Below are positions 8,647 to 18,173 of a DNA stretch of 64,000 nt, in pieces. Source of the DNA: a virus. The stretch's first letter is position 1; the number at the start of each line of letters is the position of its first letter. The stretch spans positions 1-64,000 of the IMG/VR virus record IMGVR_UViG_3300009103_001660; one strand, 5' to 3'. The notes under the pieces are model-generated. The model ran no database searches. It saw nothing but the letters and a program-made list of their open reading frames with translations, and was not told where the DNA came from. Position numbers and translations under genes: made by a program.

Positions 8647-9017
8647 TGTTTGTTATCTCCCATAAAGTCAAGTAGGGTTTTGGGCTTTTTGTTTGGGTAG
8701 CTTCTATCCTCTCCTAAAGTATCATCTTCCAATATAACCTCAACCGATTTTTGGCCCAAAGTAGACGTTTTCCACAGCTTTCTTCTAGATAAAAGGAACC
8801 TTGTTCCCTCCTTGAGTAAGAAGTCTGACGGGGATGTTACCTTATAATTTGAACAATTTAAAAAAAGCCAATCCCAAAACTCTGGCTCTGGATACTGCTT
8901 GTATACTTTTACGGCTTCGTTAAGAAGCACTCCGTAATTAGATCTATTAAAATCACAAAAAACAGAAACTATTAATCTGTGGTAATCGGTTGGGCTTTTA
9001 TTATCTGAGTTCTTCAA
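8643..9017 (-). CDS. Hypothetical protein
   Basis: 124-aa ORF overlapping both neighbours by a few bases in operon fashion. Confidence 0.7.
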   Translation of the reverse strand: MKNSDNKSPTDYHRLIVSVFCDFNRSNYGVLLNEAVKVYKQYPEPEFWDWLFLNCSNYKVTSPSDFLLKEGTRFLLSRRKLWKTSTLGQKSVEVILEDDTLGEDRSYPNKKPKTLLDFMGDNKQ

Positions 9018-10074
9018 TATCGTATTTTACCATCTTTCCCACAAGATCGTCAAATGTATTTTTTGGATTCCATCCAAGCTCTTTGCGAGCTAGGGACGAA
9101 TCTCCGTGCAGTAAGCTAACCTCCGCTGGTCTATAAAACTCGGGATTAACCCTAACCAAGACATATTTGTGTGGGCCGCTAGAACATATATATTTCTCAT
9201 CAACCCCTTGTCCTTCCCAATTTCCGTGAAGGTCTGCAACAGCAAAAGCTTTTTCAACAAACTCTCTTATAGAGTGTGTTTCGTCGCTAGAGAGCAAATA
9301 GTCTTTTGGGTTATCTTGGTTAAGCATGAGCCACACCCCCTCAACAAAATCCTCGCTATCACTCCAATCTCTTTTGGCGTCAAGGTTTCCTAATTCAATT
9401 GGATCGAATGCGGCCGCCTCTCCGTGTCTACCCCTCCAATTATCTATGCTTAGTACCCTGTCTCGAATTCTGGCTACACCTTTTGTGATTTTTCTCGTAA
9501 CGAACTCCTCCCCTCTTTTTGTACCCTCGTGATTGAAAAGTATGCTGTGAACGGCAAACATATCATAAGACTCCCTATATACTTTGACTACGTGATGTGC
9601 TGCACACTTAGATGCGCCATATGGGCTTCTTGGTTTGAAGGGGTGCTTGAGATCTTGGGGCGAATAATCCACGTCCCCAAACTGCTCGCTACTGCCCGCG
9701 CTATAAAACCTGCAACTTGGGCTAAAGTTCTTTAAGGCTTCTAGGCATCTAATTACCCCCATTGTATTGACATCAAAAACCTGCAAGGGCATATCCCATG
9801 AACAGCCGACGAAAGAATTTGCTGCAAAATTAATAAAGTAATCGGGCTTAATCTCTTTTACTATTCTCTCTATGCTTATTTCGTCAGAAAGATCTCCATG
9901 GACAAACTTAAATCTTTCGTGGGTTTTAAAATTAAATGCGTTATCATAGTTTGGGTTGGCTGAACGTCTTACCATCCCGAATACTTCATGGTCGGTTTCC
10001 TTTAGCAGAAATTCGCACATGTTTGCTCCGTCTTGTCCCAAGACCCCAGTAACTATAACTTTTTTTGGGCTCAT
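9001..10074 (-). CDS. gmd: GDP-mannose 4,6-dehydratase
   Basis: TGVLGQDGA, GDLSD, AGSSEQFG, PRSPYGASK, LFNHEG, FVTRKIT, LGNLDAKRDW, YRPAEV. Confidence 0.95.
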   Translation of the reverse strand: MSPKKVIVTGVLGQDGANMCEFLLKETDHEVFGMVRRSANPNYDNAFNFKTHERFKFVHGDLSDEISIERIVKEIKPDYFINFAANSFVGCSWDMPLQVFDVNTMGVIRCLEALKNFSPSCRFYSAGSSEQFGDVDYSPQDLKHPFKPRSPYGASKCAAHHVVKVYRESYDMFAVHSILFNHEGTKRGEEFVTRKITKGVARIRDRVLSIDNWRGRHGEAAAFDPIELGNLDAKRDWSDSEDFVEGVWLMLNQDNPKDYLLSSDETHSIREFVEKAFAVADLHGNWEGQGVDEKYICSSGPHKYVLVRVNPEFYRPAEVSLLHGDSSLARKELGWNPKNTFDDLVGKMVKYDIEELR

Positions 10075-10077
10075 TTT

Positions 10078-10926
10078 TTAATCTATCATTCTTATCTGTT
10101 CTTGTATAGTTGGTATTTCAAGGGCTTTATTTAGTTTTTTTAGGGTATCCAAAGACCTATTTATGCTTGCGCCGCTTTCCGTGGGTCTTACGTCTATATT
10201 TAAATTATACTTATCATTGATTAATTTAATTAAATCAAACTTACTTATGACCTCTGGGGAAAAAGTATGAAAAATTTCGTTCTCATATAAGCCGTCTAAG
10301 ATAATTTTTTTACAGGCTAAACCGTACTGGGTGCCAGTCATGCCATTCCATAAATGGTTTATATATCCGTTTACGACTCCCCCCCTGTGAGATTTAACCC
10401 AAGAAATCAAGCCCCTGTTGGTGAACTTATCTTCTGAAATAACGCTGGTCCTTAAGACCATCGCGTTTTTGGGTTCCCCCAAAGACTTTGATTTACCGTA
10501 TAGCGTAATATCATCACACTGGTCCAGCTCTGTGTATCTACCACCCGCCCTTTGTCCAGAAAAGACGCCGTCAGAGGATATGTGTATAAGCTTTGCGCCC
10601 CTACTTTCCGCCCAGTCACTCATGTCGTGGGGGAAAGTGCTGTTAACATAATACTCTTCTGGGCTTTCGTAAGTCGGATTAATTGAGCCTATGCAATTAA
10701 TTATATAATCATAATTTGCCCCGATGTTTTTGTAGTCATCGGTCTTGCAATCATAAATTATAAAATGTATATTTCTTGGTCTCCTGCGAAATATAGACCA
10801 AGCAGCCCAAGGTGAATGCCTGTGTGTGGCCGTAACGCTAAATAAGCTATCATCAGCAAAAGTCTTAACGACGTCGCTGCCTAACATTCCCGTTGCCCCT
10901 AGGAGCAATATCTTATATTGACTCAA
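10078..10926 (-). CDS. RmlD-like NDP-4-keto-6-deoxyhexose reductase (SDR)
   Basis: LLGATGMLG, IINCIG, IHISSDGVFSG, YGKSKSLGE (YxxxK), LRTS. Confidence 0.85.
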   Translation of the reverse strand: MSQYKILLLGATGMLGSDVVKTFADDSLFSVTATHRHSPWAAWSIFRRRPRNIHFIIYDCKTDDYKNIGANYDYIINCIGSINPTYESPEEYYVNSTFPHDMSDWAESRGAKLIHISSDGVFSGQRAGGRYTELDQCDDITLYGKSKSLGEPKNAMVLRTSVISEDKFTNRGLISWVKSHRGGVVNGYINHLWNGMTGTQYGLACKKIILDGLYENEIFHTFSPEVISKFDLIKLINDKYNLNIDVRPTESGASINRSLDTLKKLNKALEIPTIQEQIRMID

Positions 10927-12223
10927 ATCCCTTTAACTCTTCGTAGCTTTCAACGAGTTGCGGCTCGGGGAACGCTACAAGATACTTGCAGTTTTTATGC
11001 TTTGTTTTTTCCATGATCATTTTAGAGTAATTCCAAGCAAATATGAGGATTATATCTACATCATCGTTATCTAGCACATCTTTTGACACTATTGGTATCT
11101 TTTTATTTGCAATATATCTATTACATCTTTCTGGAGATTCATCCACTATATAGCTAACCTCGTTTTCAGTAAGGCCGACTATGTTACAGAACATATTGGC
11201 TCTTCCAGAAGCTCCATAGCCAGCTATTTTATTCCCCATTGATGTAAGCGACTCGACTTTTTCTTTAATTAGATTAATGTGGTTTTCTACGCTTTCTGAG
11301 TACTCTTTAAAAAAGTCTATATTGGCTAAGGTCTCCTTTTCCTCCTCCGTCCTTTTAATGACCTCTTCCGAGGGGTATACACAGCCGTTTTCAACCACCA
11401 CCCTTATTGAGCCTGCGTGGATAGGTATTTCTTGAAATTCTATAACCGTCATGTCCTTTTGGGCGAAAAGGTTTCTTAAGGCGGAAATAGAATAGTAATA
11501 TATATGTTCGTGATAAATATTATCCCACTGTCTTTCTTCAATCAAATTGCGTAAATAATGAACTTCAAAAATAAATTTTGCGTTTGGTTTAAGTATGTGC
11601 CTAATGGTGTCAATCACGTCCTCTATGTCTGTGATGTGGGCAAAAGTGTTGTTGGCAAGGACAAAGTCATATATACTCTCCGACTCTGGGGTAATAAAAT
11701 TATTTGAATTAAAGTATTCATTAATAACCATTAGTCCTTTCTCTCTGGCAACCGCGACTATGTTCTCTGCGGGATCAACGCCTATTACGTCAGCGCCTCT
11801 TTTTGCTAGGGGTTCGAGCAATACCCCGTCATTACATCCAAACTCTAGAACTTTTTTTCCTCTACTTCGCTTTTTACCCGTACCATCGCAAAACCAGTCT
11901 GCTCCGTCTGGCAGGGTAAGCCCCCACTCTTTGTCTATATATTCCGCAAGCTCTTCAAAATGAGAGGAGAGCCCCACTGAGGATAGATATCTATAGTCTT
12001 TAAATAATACATCTGGATCAATCACAGAGTCTGTCTGGACTAAGTAGCATTTGGGACAGAACTTAAGCTTTAGCGGGAAGCCGCTCTCTCGATCTTTTTC
12101 ATCTTCGTTCGGGAAAAAGCCAGCCAAGGGTACTGTACCCAAATCCAAAACTGTGTGCATGTCGCTTGAAGCAGTCCCGCATTTGGGGCAGGCACATCGT
12201 GATCTTTCTTCATACGTTTTCAT
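10913..12223 (-). CDS. NDP-hexose C-3 methyltransferase (Zn-binding + class I SAM + C-terminal domain)
   Basis: CPKC...LDLGxxPLAG...CPKCYLVQ, VLEFGCNDG, NNTFAHI, IYHEHIYYYS, IAGYGASGR, IVDESPERC; matches the TcaB9/EryBIII-type architecture. Confidence 0.9.
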   Translation of the reverse strand: MKTYEERSRCACPKCGTASSDMHTVLDLGTVPLAGFFPNEDEKDRESGFPLKLKFCPKCYLVQTDSVIDPDVLFKDYRYLSSVGLSSHFEELAEYIDKEWGLTLPDGADWFCDGTGKKRSRGKKVLEFGCNDGVLLEPLAKRGADVIGVDPAENIVAVAREKGLMVINEYFNSNNFITPESESIYDFVLANNTFAHITDIEDVIDTIRHILKPNAKFIFEVHYLRNLIEERQWDNIYHEHIYYYSISALRNLFAQKDMTVIEFQEIPIHAGSIRVVVENGCVYPSEEVIKRTEEEKETLANIDFFKEYSESVENHINLIKEKVESLTSMGNKIAGYGASGRANMFCNIVGLTENEVSYIVDESPERCNRYIANKKIPIVSKDVLDNDDVDIILIFAWNYSKMIMEKTKHKNCKYLVAFPEPQLVESYEELKGFESI

Positions 12224-13203
12224 TATACAACTCCGTTCTCTTTAAGGAAGTAAAAAATTTCAGACTCATCCATTAATGAGTTTTCAGAATTAAAAGATTT
12301 CCTTTCATCGTCTATTTTTTCGGTACCAATTAGATAGTTGTCCAGCGATCTTTCCGTTCTGCCCCATTCGTCTGAAGATATAAGTTCTTCGTGTATTTTT
12401 TCACCAGGTCTGACGCCTACCGTTTTAAGTTTTACTCTGTCGGTTTTTTTATACGAATCTATTAAGCACCTTGCGATATCTATTACCCTCATGGATTTTA
12501 TCTTGGGTACGGCTATCTTACCGTGTGAGCTTGGGTGATAATATGCCCAGTCAATTAATTCACACGCCTGCTCTAGGGATAGGAGAAATCTGGTCATTCT
12601 GCTGTCTGTTATTGATAGGCTTTCAGCGCCGCTCTCTATCATTTTTTTAAAAAGCGGTATAACTGACCCAGTAGACTCTAGGACATTTCCATATCTAACC
12701 AAGCACACCTTAATGCCAGATTGCTGCTGCGCATAGTCTATATACAGCCTCTCAGAAATAGCTTTACACATGCCGTAAACGTTTACTGGCTTACAGGCTT
12801 TATCTGTGGAAATAAACATTAGGGTTTCAAGTCTGTCTTGATTGAGGAGGTTTTTACTCCGATGAGAGTTTACGCACTCGATTACGTTTTGGTGCCCAAT
12901 TATGTTTACCTTGATGGATTCGTATACGTTGTCTTCACATATGGGAACATGCTTCATTGCTGCGGCATTAATAATTACATTAGGTTTAAATTCTGACATT
13001 GACGAAACAATAGACTGTTTATCTTTTACGTCACCAATCTTAAACCTAACGTTACTCTTCACCCACCCCGACTTCATTAAGTCAACGTGCTTGTGCTCGT
13101 CTCTGCTGACGACCATGATCTCATTATTTTTTTGATATTTTTTTAAAAGGGTCTTACCTAGCGACCCCGTGCCCCCTATGATTATTATTCTTTTATTATT
13201 CAT
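12223..13203 (-). CDS. UDP-GlcNAc 4,6-dehydratase (CapD/PseB/FnlA polysaccharide-biosynthesis family)
   Basis: IGGTGSLG, SRDEHKH, AAMKHVP, STDKACKPVNVYGMCK, RYGNVLESTGSVIP, RPGEKIHEEL. Confidence 0.9.
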   Translation of the reverse strand: MNNKRIIIIGGTGSLGKTLLKKYQKNNEIMVVSRDEHKHVDLMKSGWVKSNVRFKIGDVKDKQSIVSSMSEFKPNVIINAAAMKHVPICEDNVYESIKVNIIGHQNVIECVNSHRSKNLLNQDRLETLMFISTDKACKPVNVYGMCKAISERLYIDYAQQQSGIKVCLVRYGNVLESTGSVIPLFKKMIESGAESLSITDSRMTRFLLSLEQACELIDWAYYHPSSHGKIAVPKIKSMRVIDIARCLIDSYKKTDRVKLKTVGVRPGEKIHEELISSDEWGRTERSLDNYLIGTEKIDDERKSFNSENSLMDESEIFYFLKENGVV

Positions 13204-14128
13204 TATCTTCTATGGGTTCAGCTTTGGCTGGTATGTATATCAAGGGGGGAGGGTACTCAACAGATCCATCTTCATTTTCCAGAAGCCATTTTCCCCTCTG
13301 TATATCATGTATGAATTGGATGAGCGTGTATCCGTTAGCGCACTTCTCAAACATGCCGTGACAATGATCCCTCTGCTCTTGCGGTATCTTAGCATTCGTT
13401 AGGGACATGGCGTGGTATACGGGATACTTATCAGACACTATGAATCTAAAGCCCCCGCTTTCGTTATGTCTAAGCGCAAGCCTCAGGGCAAAGTTGTCGT
13501 CTAAACCATAACCTGGCCACCAGCCGAAGTCAAAATTAGCACTATAACCCCCGATTTCAAAAAAGTCAGAGGTCCTAGTCATTATGGGGTGGGTATAGTT
13601 TACCATTTTGTGTGGAAGTTTATATGCCCCGCGCCTAAACTTCTCTTCAAAAAGCTCTCGGGTTTTGGGGCTAACAAAACAAGACTTACGATAATCTTCG
13701 TCGTCGGGATTATCTTTAATAAAAGATTTTTCCATTTCGTCATCAACAACGACAACGGGGTTGCCTGTAGACTGGGGTTCTACTAAAAAGCAGCTGGAGG
13801 AAGCGGGATAATTTTTCTCTATTATTTCTATTAACTCTTTATCCCACCCTTTAACAAACAACATGTCATCATTAACGTTACAAACATAATCTCCCTCTAT
13901 AAATGGGAAGACATAATCTACTGCCTGTGTCCCTCTGTTGTTAGGAAGATTAACGAACTCGATCTTTTTCTCTGTTAGATACTTTTGGGACTTGGTGTCC
14001 CCCTCGTTTAGGGCAACGGTTATTTTAGCGTTTGTCTCGAACGAGCCCTCCAAGGACTCGACCGTAGCCTTTAGCATTTCTGCATTCTGCCAAGAGCATA
14101 AGATGACTGTTAAATCTTTTTTTTTCAT
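13196..14128 (-). CDS. Glycosyltransferase, GT2/GT-A-like
   Basis: TVILCSWQN, NNRG, NVNDDM (DxD-like), FFEIGGY...GLDDNF. Confidence 0.75.
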   Translation of the reverse strand: MKKKDLTVILCSWQNAEMLKATVESLEGSFETNAKITVALNEGDTKSQKYLTEKKIEFVNLPNNRGTQAVDYVFPFIEGDYVCNVNDDMLFVKGWDKELIEIIEKNYPASSSCFLVEPQSTGNPVVVVDDEMEKSFIKDNPDDEDYRKSCFVSPKTRELFEEKFRRGAYKLPHKMVNYTHPIMTRTSDFFEIGGYSANFDFGWWPGYGLDDNFALRLALRHNESGGFRFIVSDKYPVYHAMSLTNAKIPQEQRDHCHGMFEKCANGYTLIQFIHDIQRGKWLLENEDGSVEYPPPLIYIPAKAEPIEDNE

Positions 14129-15012
14129 TATATGAAATCGACATTAAGATTATGCCGCTTAGCTGGATAATCCATTTCATTAACATCGGTTGGCACATAA
14201 ACTGGACGACCAGCCTCTATGGACCAATGATTTTTCCAGAAATTTTTATTCCTTAATACCTTTTTTTCTAAATTTAGATAACCAGTATGGAATACGACAG
14301 GTATATTTTGGGATACTATATTGTCAAAAGTGACATCTTCCGTCGTTGAACCGTCTACTAACACCATCGATACTGATCGAACCAAGTTACCATATTCATC
14401 TATAAGCTCACAGCTATCTGACTGGTCTGTGTTGTGTGTCCCGTCTGGTCTCCTCGCAAAATTAACTGTACCTCTATATAAATCCTTCTTGTGCAGGTAC
14501 CACTTTTGACCTATGCCCTTATAGAAGTATTTGTTTTTGTAAAGATCAATAACAGGAACAAAAAAGGCCTGAATATCTTCAGTGGCAACTAACGAAGCGG
14601 CCACCTCGCGCAGTCTGCTTCTCATTTTCGGATCAATTAGCTCATCCATGTCTAACCCAAGCTTAATATCATGGCTGGTGGCCTGTAGGGCGGCGTTCTT
14701 TATCTTGCCATCTAGGTCTGGGTCGAGATAACTGAATGCTGTCTCTATTATCTTGATCTCCCCCCTCTTGCAGCTTTCACAATCATCGTCCTCGATGGAC
14801 GACGGAGGGTTTCGAGCGTTGTGCGCAGTGCTAAAATCTAAAACTCGCTGATAGGTGTCATCTTCGCTAGAGTTAATAGCAACGACTATCTCGTCGGCAA
14901 TAAAACTATGATTCGTAAGTGCTTTTTCCCAATTGAATTCATTTTTAATTAAATTAAAACCAGAGGTGTAGGAACTTATCTTTATATTTTTTATGTCTTT
15001 GTGAATTTCCAT
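14128..15012 (-). CDS. Glycosyltransferase, GT-A-like
   Basis: DEIVVAINSSEDDT, KNAALQ, LDMDE, VFHTGY; located in the glycan cluster. Confidence 0.65.
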   Translation of the reverse strand: MEIHKDIKNIKISSYTSGFNLIKNEFNWEKALTNHSFIADEIVVAINSSEDDTYQRVLDFSTAHNARNPPSSIEDDDCESCKRGEIKIIETAFSYLDPDLDGKIKNAALQATSHDIKLGLDMDELIDPKMRSRLREVAASLVATEDIQAFFVPVIDLYKNKYFYKGIGQKWYLHKKDLYRGTVNFARRPDGTHNTDQSDSCELIDEYGNLVRSVSMVLVDGSTTEDVTFDNIVSQNIPVVFHTGYLNLEKKVLRNKNFWKNHWSIEAGRPVYVPTDVNEMDYPAKRHNLNVDFI

Positions 15013-15845
15013 ACTTTACCGTTTTTTTCTTCAAGTTCACCTATGTCATGTTTTAAAATATGGTATCTATAAAAGTCTTTTAATATTTTTTCCTTGTTAA
15101 AATAGTCAACAAAAAAATCATCATTTTTCCAGTCGTCTTTAGAGAGGTGTTCTTTTAGGGCCTCTACGGTAAAGTCTAGATTGAGCTCGTGTTTACAGTA
15201 AAATCTAAAAAGCTGTCTATTCTCTTCGTGCTCTTGAAACCCCTCTCGGTCATCTTCCCTGCCGAGCAGTAGGTGGTTTGACCTGCCGTAAACATAATAA
15301 TATTTTACAAAATGATCAACAAAATGATCGTCTTCTCTTTGGTCATCTCTAACGTTATAACAATACTGAGACTCATCTTTGTAATCTTCGAAATTAGAAA
15401 TCTCTATGGCTTTTGGCCTCGCGTTCTGAAGCCCCCAATGGGGAGATCCTAGAAAATATTGATCATCAAAGAACTCCCACATAAGCCCCTTACCGCGTTT
15501 ATATATTGATCTAATCTGACTAGCCCTACACTTTTCGATAAACTCTCTAATGTCCGACGTAAACTTAGGGGCGAGCCTCTCCATTGAATCTATTGTTACG
15601 AACCAGTCCCCCAACTCAAGCGGGCCCTGTCTTAAAAATTCGTTCATCTGCCAGTCATGGTCATTGGTCCACTTTCTGGTGGTAATTAAGCCACCCCCTT
15701 TTCTTTCTTCTAGGAGCTCTCTCGTTCCGTCTGTTGAGCCACCGTCCACAAAGATGAGACCATCAAAGTGCTCATAAACATCCTTGGTTAAACCATCAAT
15801 GTTTTCCTTTTCGTTCTGAGTTATGCCACAAAGATATACTTTCAT
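14991..15845 (-). CDS. Glycosyltransferase, GT2-like
   Basis: FVDGGSTDGT, DWFVTIDSMERL. Confidence 0.7.
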   Translation of the reverse strand: MKVYLCGITQNEKENIDGLTKDVYEHFDGLIFVDGGSTDGTRELLEERKGGGLITTRKWTNDHDWQMNEFLRQGPLELGDWFVTIDSMERLAPKFTSDIREFIEKCRASQIRSIYKRGKGLMWEFFDDQYFLGSPHWGLQNARPKAIEISNFEDYKDESQYCYNVRDDQREDDHFVDHFVKYYYVYGRSNHLLLGREDDREGFQEHEENRQLFRFYCKHELNLDFTVEALKEHLSKDDWKNDDFFVDYFNKEKILKDFYRYHILKHDIGELEEKNGKVWKFTKT

Positions 15846-16552
15846 TTTTTTATAAAGGCCCCCCAGGCGGAAAGCCTAAAGAGGTTATGGTCAATATACC
15901 TTAGATTATTCCTCTTGCAAGCATCTTTTATGTCTTTATATTGAATTTCATTGTGGCTCCATATGCCCTGTTGGTGAATGTTATCCGCGTCCTCCTTGTC
16001 GTGCGAATAATCGTGGGCTAGTATAACGTCATTTACTTTCAGGAAGTCAGAATATATATTAAATTCTCTAATTTTGTCCGCGTCGCAAAAGACCATGCAT
16101 TTTGATGGTTTTTCTATTTTCTTTTTTAGGGTTTGGATGGTTTTTTTGCTAAAAATATCCTCCTCCATGAAATTAACTCCGAGGTAATCCATAAGAGGCT
16201 TATATTCAAGCTGCTCCTCTGATGTGTCTATTGTAATAAGCTCTGCGTGGTTAAAGTGTGCCCAAATGCCTAATAAAGTAGACATTCCTCCAGTGCGGGT
16301 TCCTATTTCTATTATGGTTTCTGGCCTGTGCGACGTAATCAGGCAATCAATTATCATGGGGGCGTACCTGTTTTGTTGCATTAGTAGGCCGTGAATCGAG
16401 TGTTCAAACGCTGGCACGTCGCAACCCATATTACCGAGGCCGCTTAATGCTGGGTCAAGCTTTAGCGCTCCCACCCTGCATCTAAAGCTATTACCGAAAA
16501 TGACATCTACCCTGTTCTGTGGGGTCTCTGGAAATTGCAACTTCTCCTTCAT
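15842..16552 (-). CDS. Class I SAM-dependent methyltransferase (CmcI/Methyltransf_24-like; possible sugar O-methyltransferase)
   Basis: RPETIIEIGTRTGG, ITIDT, VFCDA, AHDY. Confidence 0.75.
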   Translation of the reverse strand: MKEKLQFPETPQNRVDVIFGNSFRCRVGALKLDPALSGLGNMGCDVPAFEHSIHGLLMQQNRYAPMIIDCLITSHRPETIIEIGTRTGGMSTLLGIWAHFNHAELITIDTSEEQLEYKPLMDYLGVNFMEEDIFSKKTIQTLKKKIEKPSKCMVFCDADKIREFNIYSDFLKVNDVILAHDYSHDKEDADNIHQQGIWSHNEIQYKDIKDACKRNNLRYIDHNLFRLSAWGAFIKK

Positions 16553-16555
16553 GGC

Positions 16556-17371
16556 TTATTCGGAGCGAGCCTCCCAGTCCTCGGACTTCCAGTAAACGAA
16601 AGAGTGTTCTTTCTCCTGCTCTGGGATATCGCCATCTAGCCAACTCCTTGTGTCTATGACCGTCTCCCATTCTTCATCTGTAAACTTGGGGTATACATAC
16701 TTTTCAGACGGTGGGTGAAGCATCCATAATTCTTTAGTATCCGTTCTATGCTTCCATCTGCTGCCATCTGGGTTTTCTCTGACTGCCCATTTCCCAGCAT
16801 CACCAATAACAAAGGGCTGTACGCTTACCAGCTCTGCCCCAACATCTCTTATATGATTCTGCACGCTCTCTTCTGTCCACAGAAGGTGGTGGAACGGGCC
16901 TGGCCCCCCGCCCTCTTTGGGTATACTGTTGTAAAAGTCAACATTTATAAAATGTCCCCTCTCGCTGTACTGGCCGTGTCCTTGGTTTCCAGCTAGATCA
17001 ATGTGAGAAACAGATGTGCCCGTGGGTGAGTTCGTAGGGGGGTTATCTTCTAGAACTTTGGCCCAACTGTCTACATCCGCCTGCTTCGTAACCCTGTGAA
17101 AGTATTGATCCGCCTGTATGTATAGGGCGTGCTTGGTGTCGCACGACTTAAACAGCTGCATAGTGGCAAACCCGCATCCGTTATTTTGCTTGTTAACTAT
17201 TAGTACATCTATTAACCCCTGCTTGTAAAAATCATAAGCATAGTCTTCAGTGTTGCCGTTCGCTAGGTAGTATACTTTTCTGTCAAAAAGAGCGCACTGC
17301 TCTATGCTTTCGAGAAGGATTTTCGCTTCCCTGTGTTGGTTGTGGTCAAGTATTAGTATCGAGGTTTTCAC
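16556..17371 (-). CDS. Glycosyltransferase, GT-A-like
   Basis: TSILILDHN, NNGCGFA, ALYIQADQ; located in the glycan cluster. Confidence 0.6.
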   Translation of the reverse strand: MKTSILILDHNQHREAKILLESIEQCALFDRKVYYLANGNTEDYAYDFYKQGLIDVLIVNKQNNGCGFATMQLFKSCDTKHALYIQADQYFHRVTKQADVDSWAKVLEDNPPTNSPTGTSVSHIDLAGNQGHGQYSERGHFINVDFYNSIPKEGGGPGPFHHLLWTEESVQNHIRDVGAELVSVQPFVIGDAGKWAVRENPDGSRWKHRTDTKELWMLHPPSEKYVYPKFTDEEWETVIDTRSWLDGDIPEQEKEHSFVYWKSEDWEARSE

Positions 17372-17391
17372 GGCTTATCTAGCTATAAACT

Positions 17392-18135
17392 CTATCCTAT
17401 CTTTAGTTCTGGTATGGGTATATTGTGCTTTTCGTGAAAGTCTAGATCAAACTCAAGCTTTTCCTCTTCGTAGTTCCACTTATAGGAGCAGTGTCCAAAG
17501 TGTTTAACTTGGTATTCATATTTGGCCTTGCCATTTTCATGCAGCCAAGTCATGTGTCTTACGTGGGCCACCTCTTTGGGAACTTTAATTTCGTTCATCA
17601 TTTTATAATTGGTGCCATCATTGTACATAACATCATTGTCCCAGTAAAACTGATCTAGTCCTCCGCGAATTTTAGTAGAAAAAATCCTAGGTGGGCAAAA
17701 GCCATCCACCCACTGAACCCCGTCAAAGACATGGTTTTTGAAGTTGATAGAAAAGTATGCGTTCGGGTCGCTGTATCTTTCGGAAACAAAATATATAATT
17801 TCCCTAATTTGGTCTACTGTATAAAACTCATCCCCATCCAAAAGCCATACGGCATCAACGTTGGTTGAGAGTAGGTAGTTTAAGCATTCGTTCCTAGCTT
17901 GGGCCTCTGTCAAGGGGACGGGAGAAAAGTGTCTGTAGTCTATGTCTACGGCGGAAATAGCCCTTCTCGTCTCTATGTCATTGTTCTCTATGCCTAGGTC
18001 AGAATTTTCCTTGAAGAGGGCGTTTACGGCGGTTAAAACTAGGCCTTGGTTTTTCTTGAGCTGCAACCACGGATCAAGTACCATTGTTAAATCTTTAGCG
18101 CAATCATAAAAACAGCCTATTACTCCAATTTTCAT
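17392..18135 (-). CDS. Glycosyltransferase, GT-A-like
   Basis: ARNECL, VWLLDGDEFY (DxD), PPRIF, HVRH. Confidence 0.6.
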   Translation of the reverse strand: MKIGVIGCFYDCAKDLTMVLDPWLQLKKNQGLVLTAVNALFKENSDLGIENNDIETRRAISAVDIDYRHFSPVPLTEAQARNECLNYLLSTNVDAVWLLDGDEFYTVDQIREIIYFVSERYSDPNAYFSINFKNHVFDGVQWVDGFCPPRIFSTKIRGGLDQFYWDNDVMYNDGTNYKMMNEIKVPKEVAHVRHMTWLHENGKAKYEYQVKHFGHCSYKWNYEEEKLEFDLDFHEKHNIPIPELKIG

Positions 18136-18144
18136 TATGATGAA

Positions 18145-18173
18145 ATTATATCACAATACCCTAAGACCCGCAA
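18145..18173 (-). promoter_or_regulatory. sigma70-like promoter (extended -10)
   Basis: TTGCGG-17 nt-TATAAT with TG at the extended -10 position; 9 nt before ATG 18135. Confidence 0.6.
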
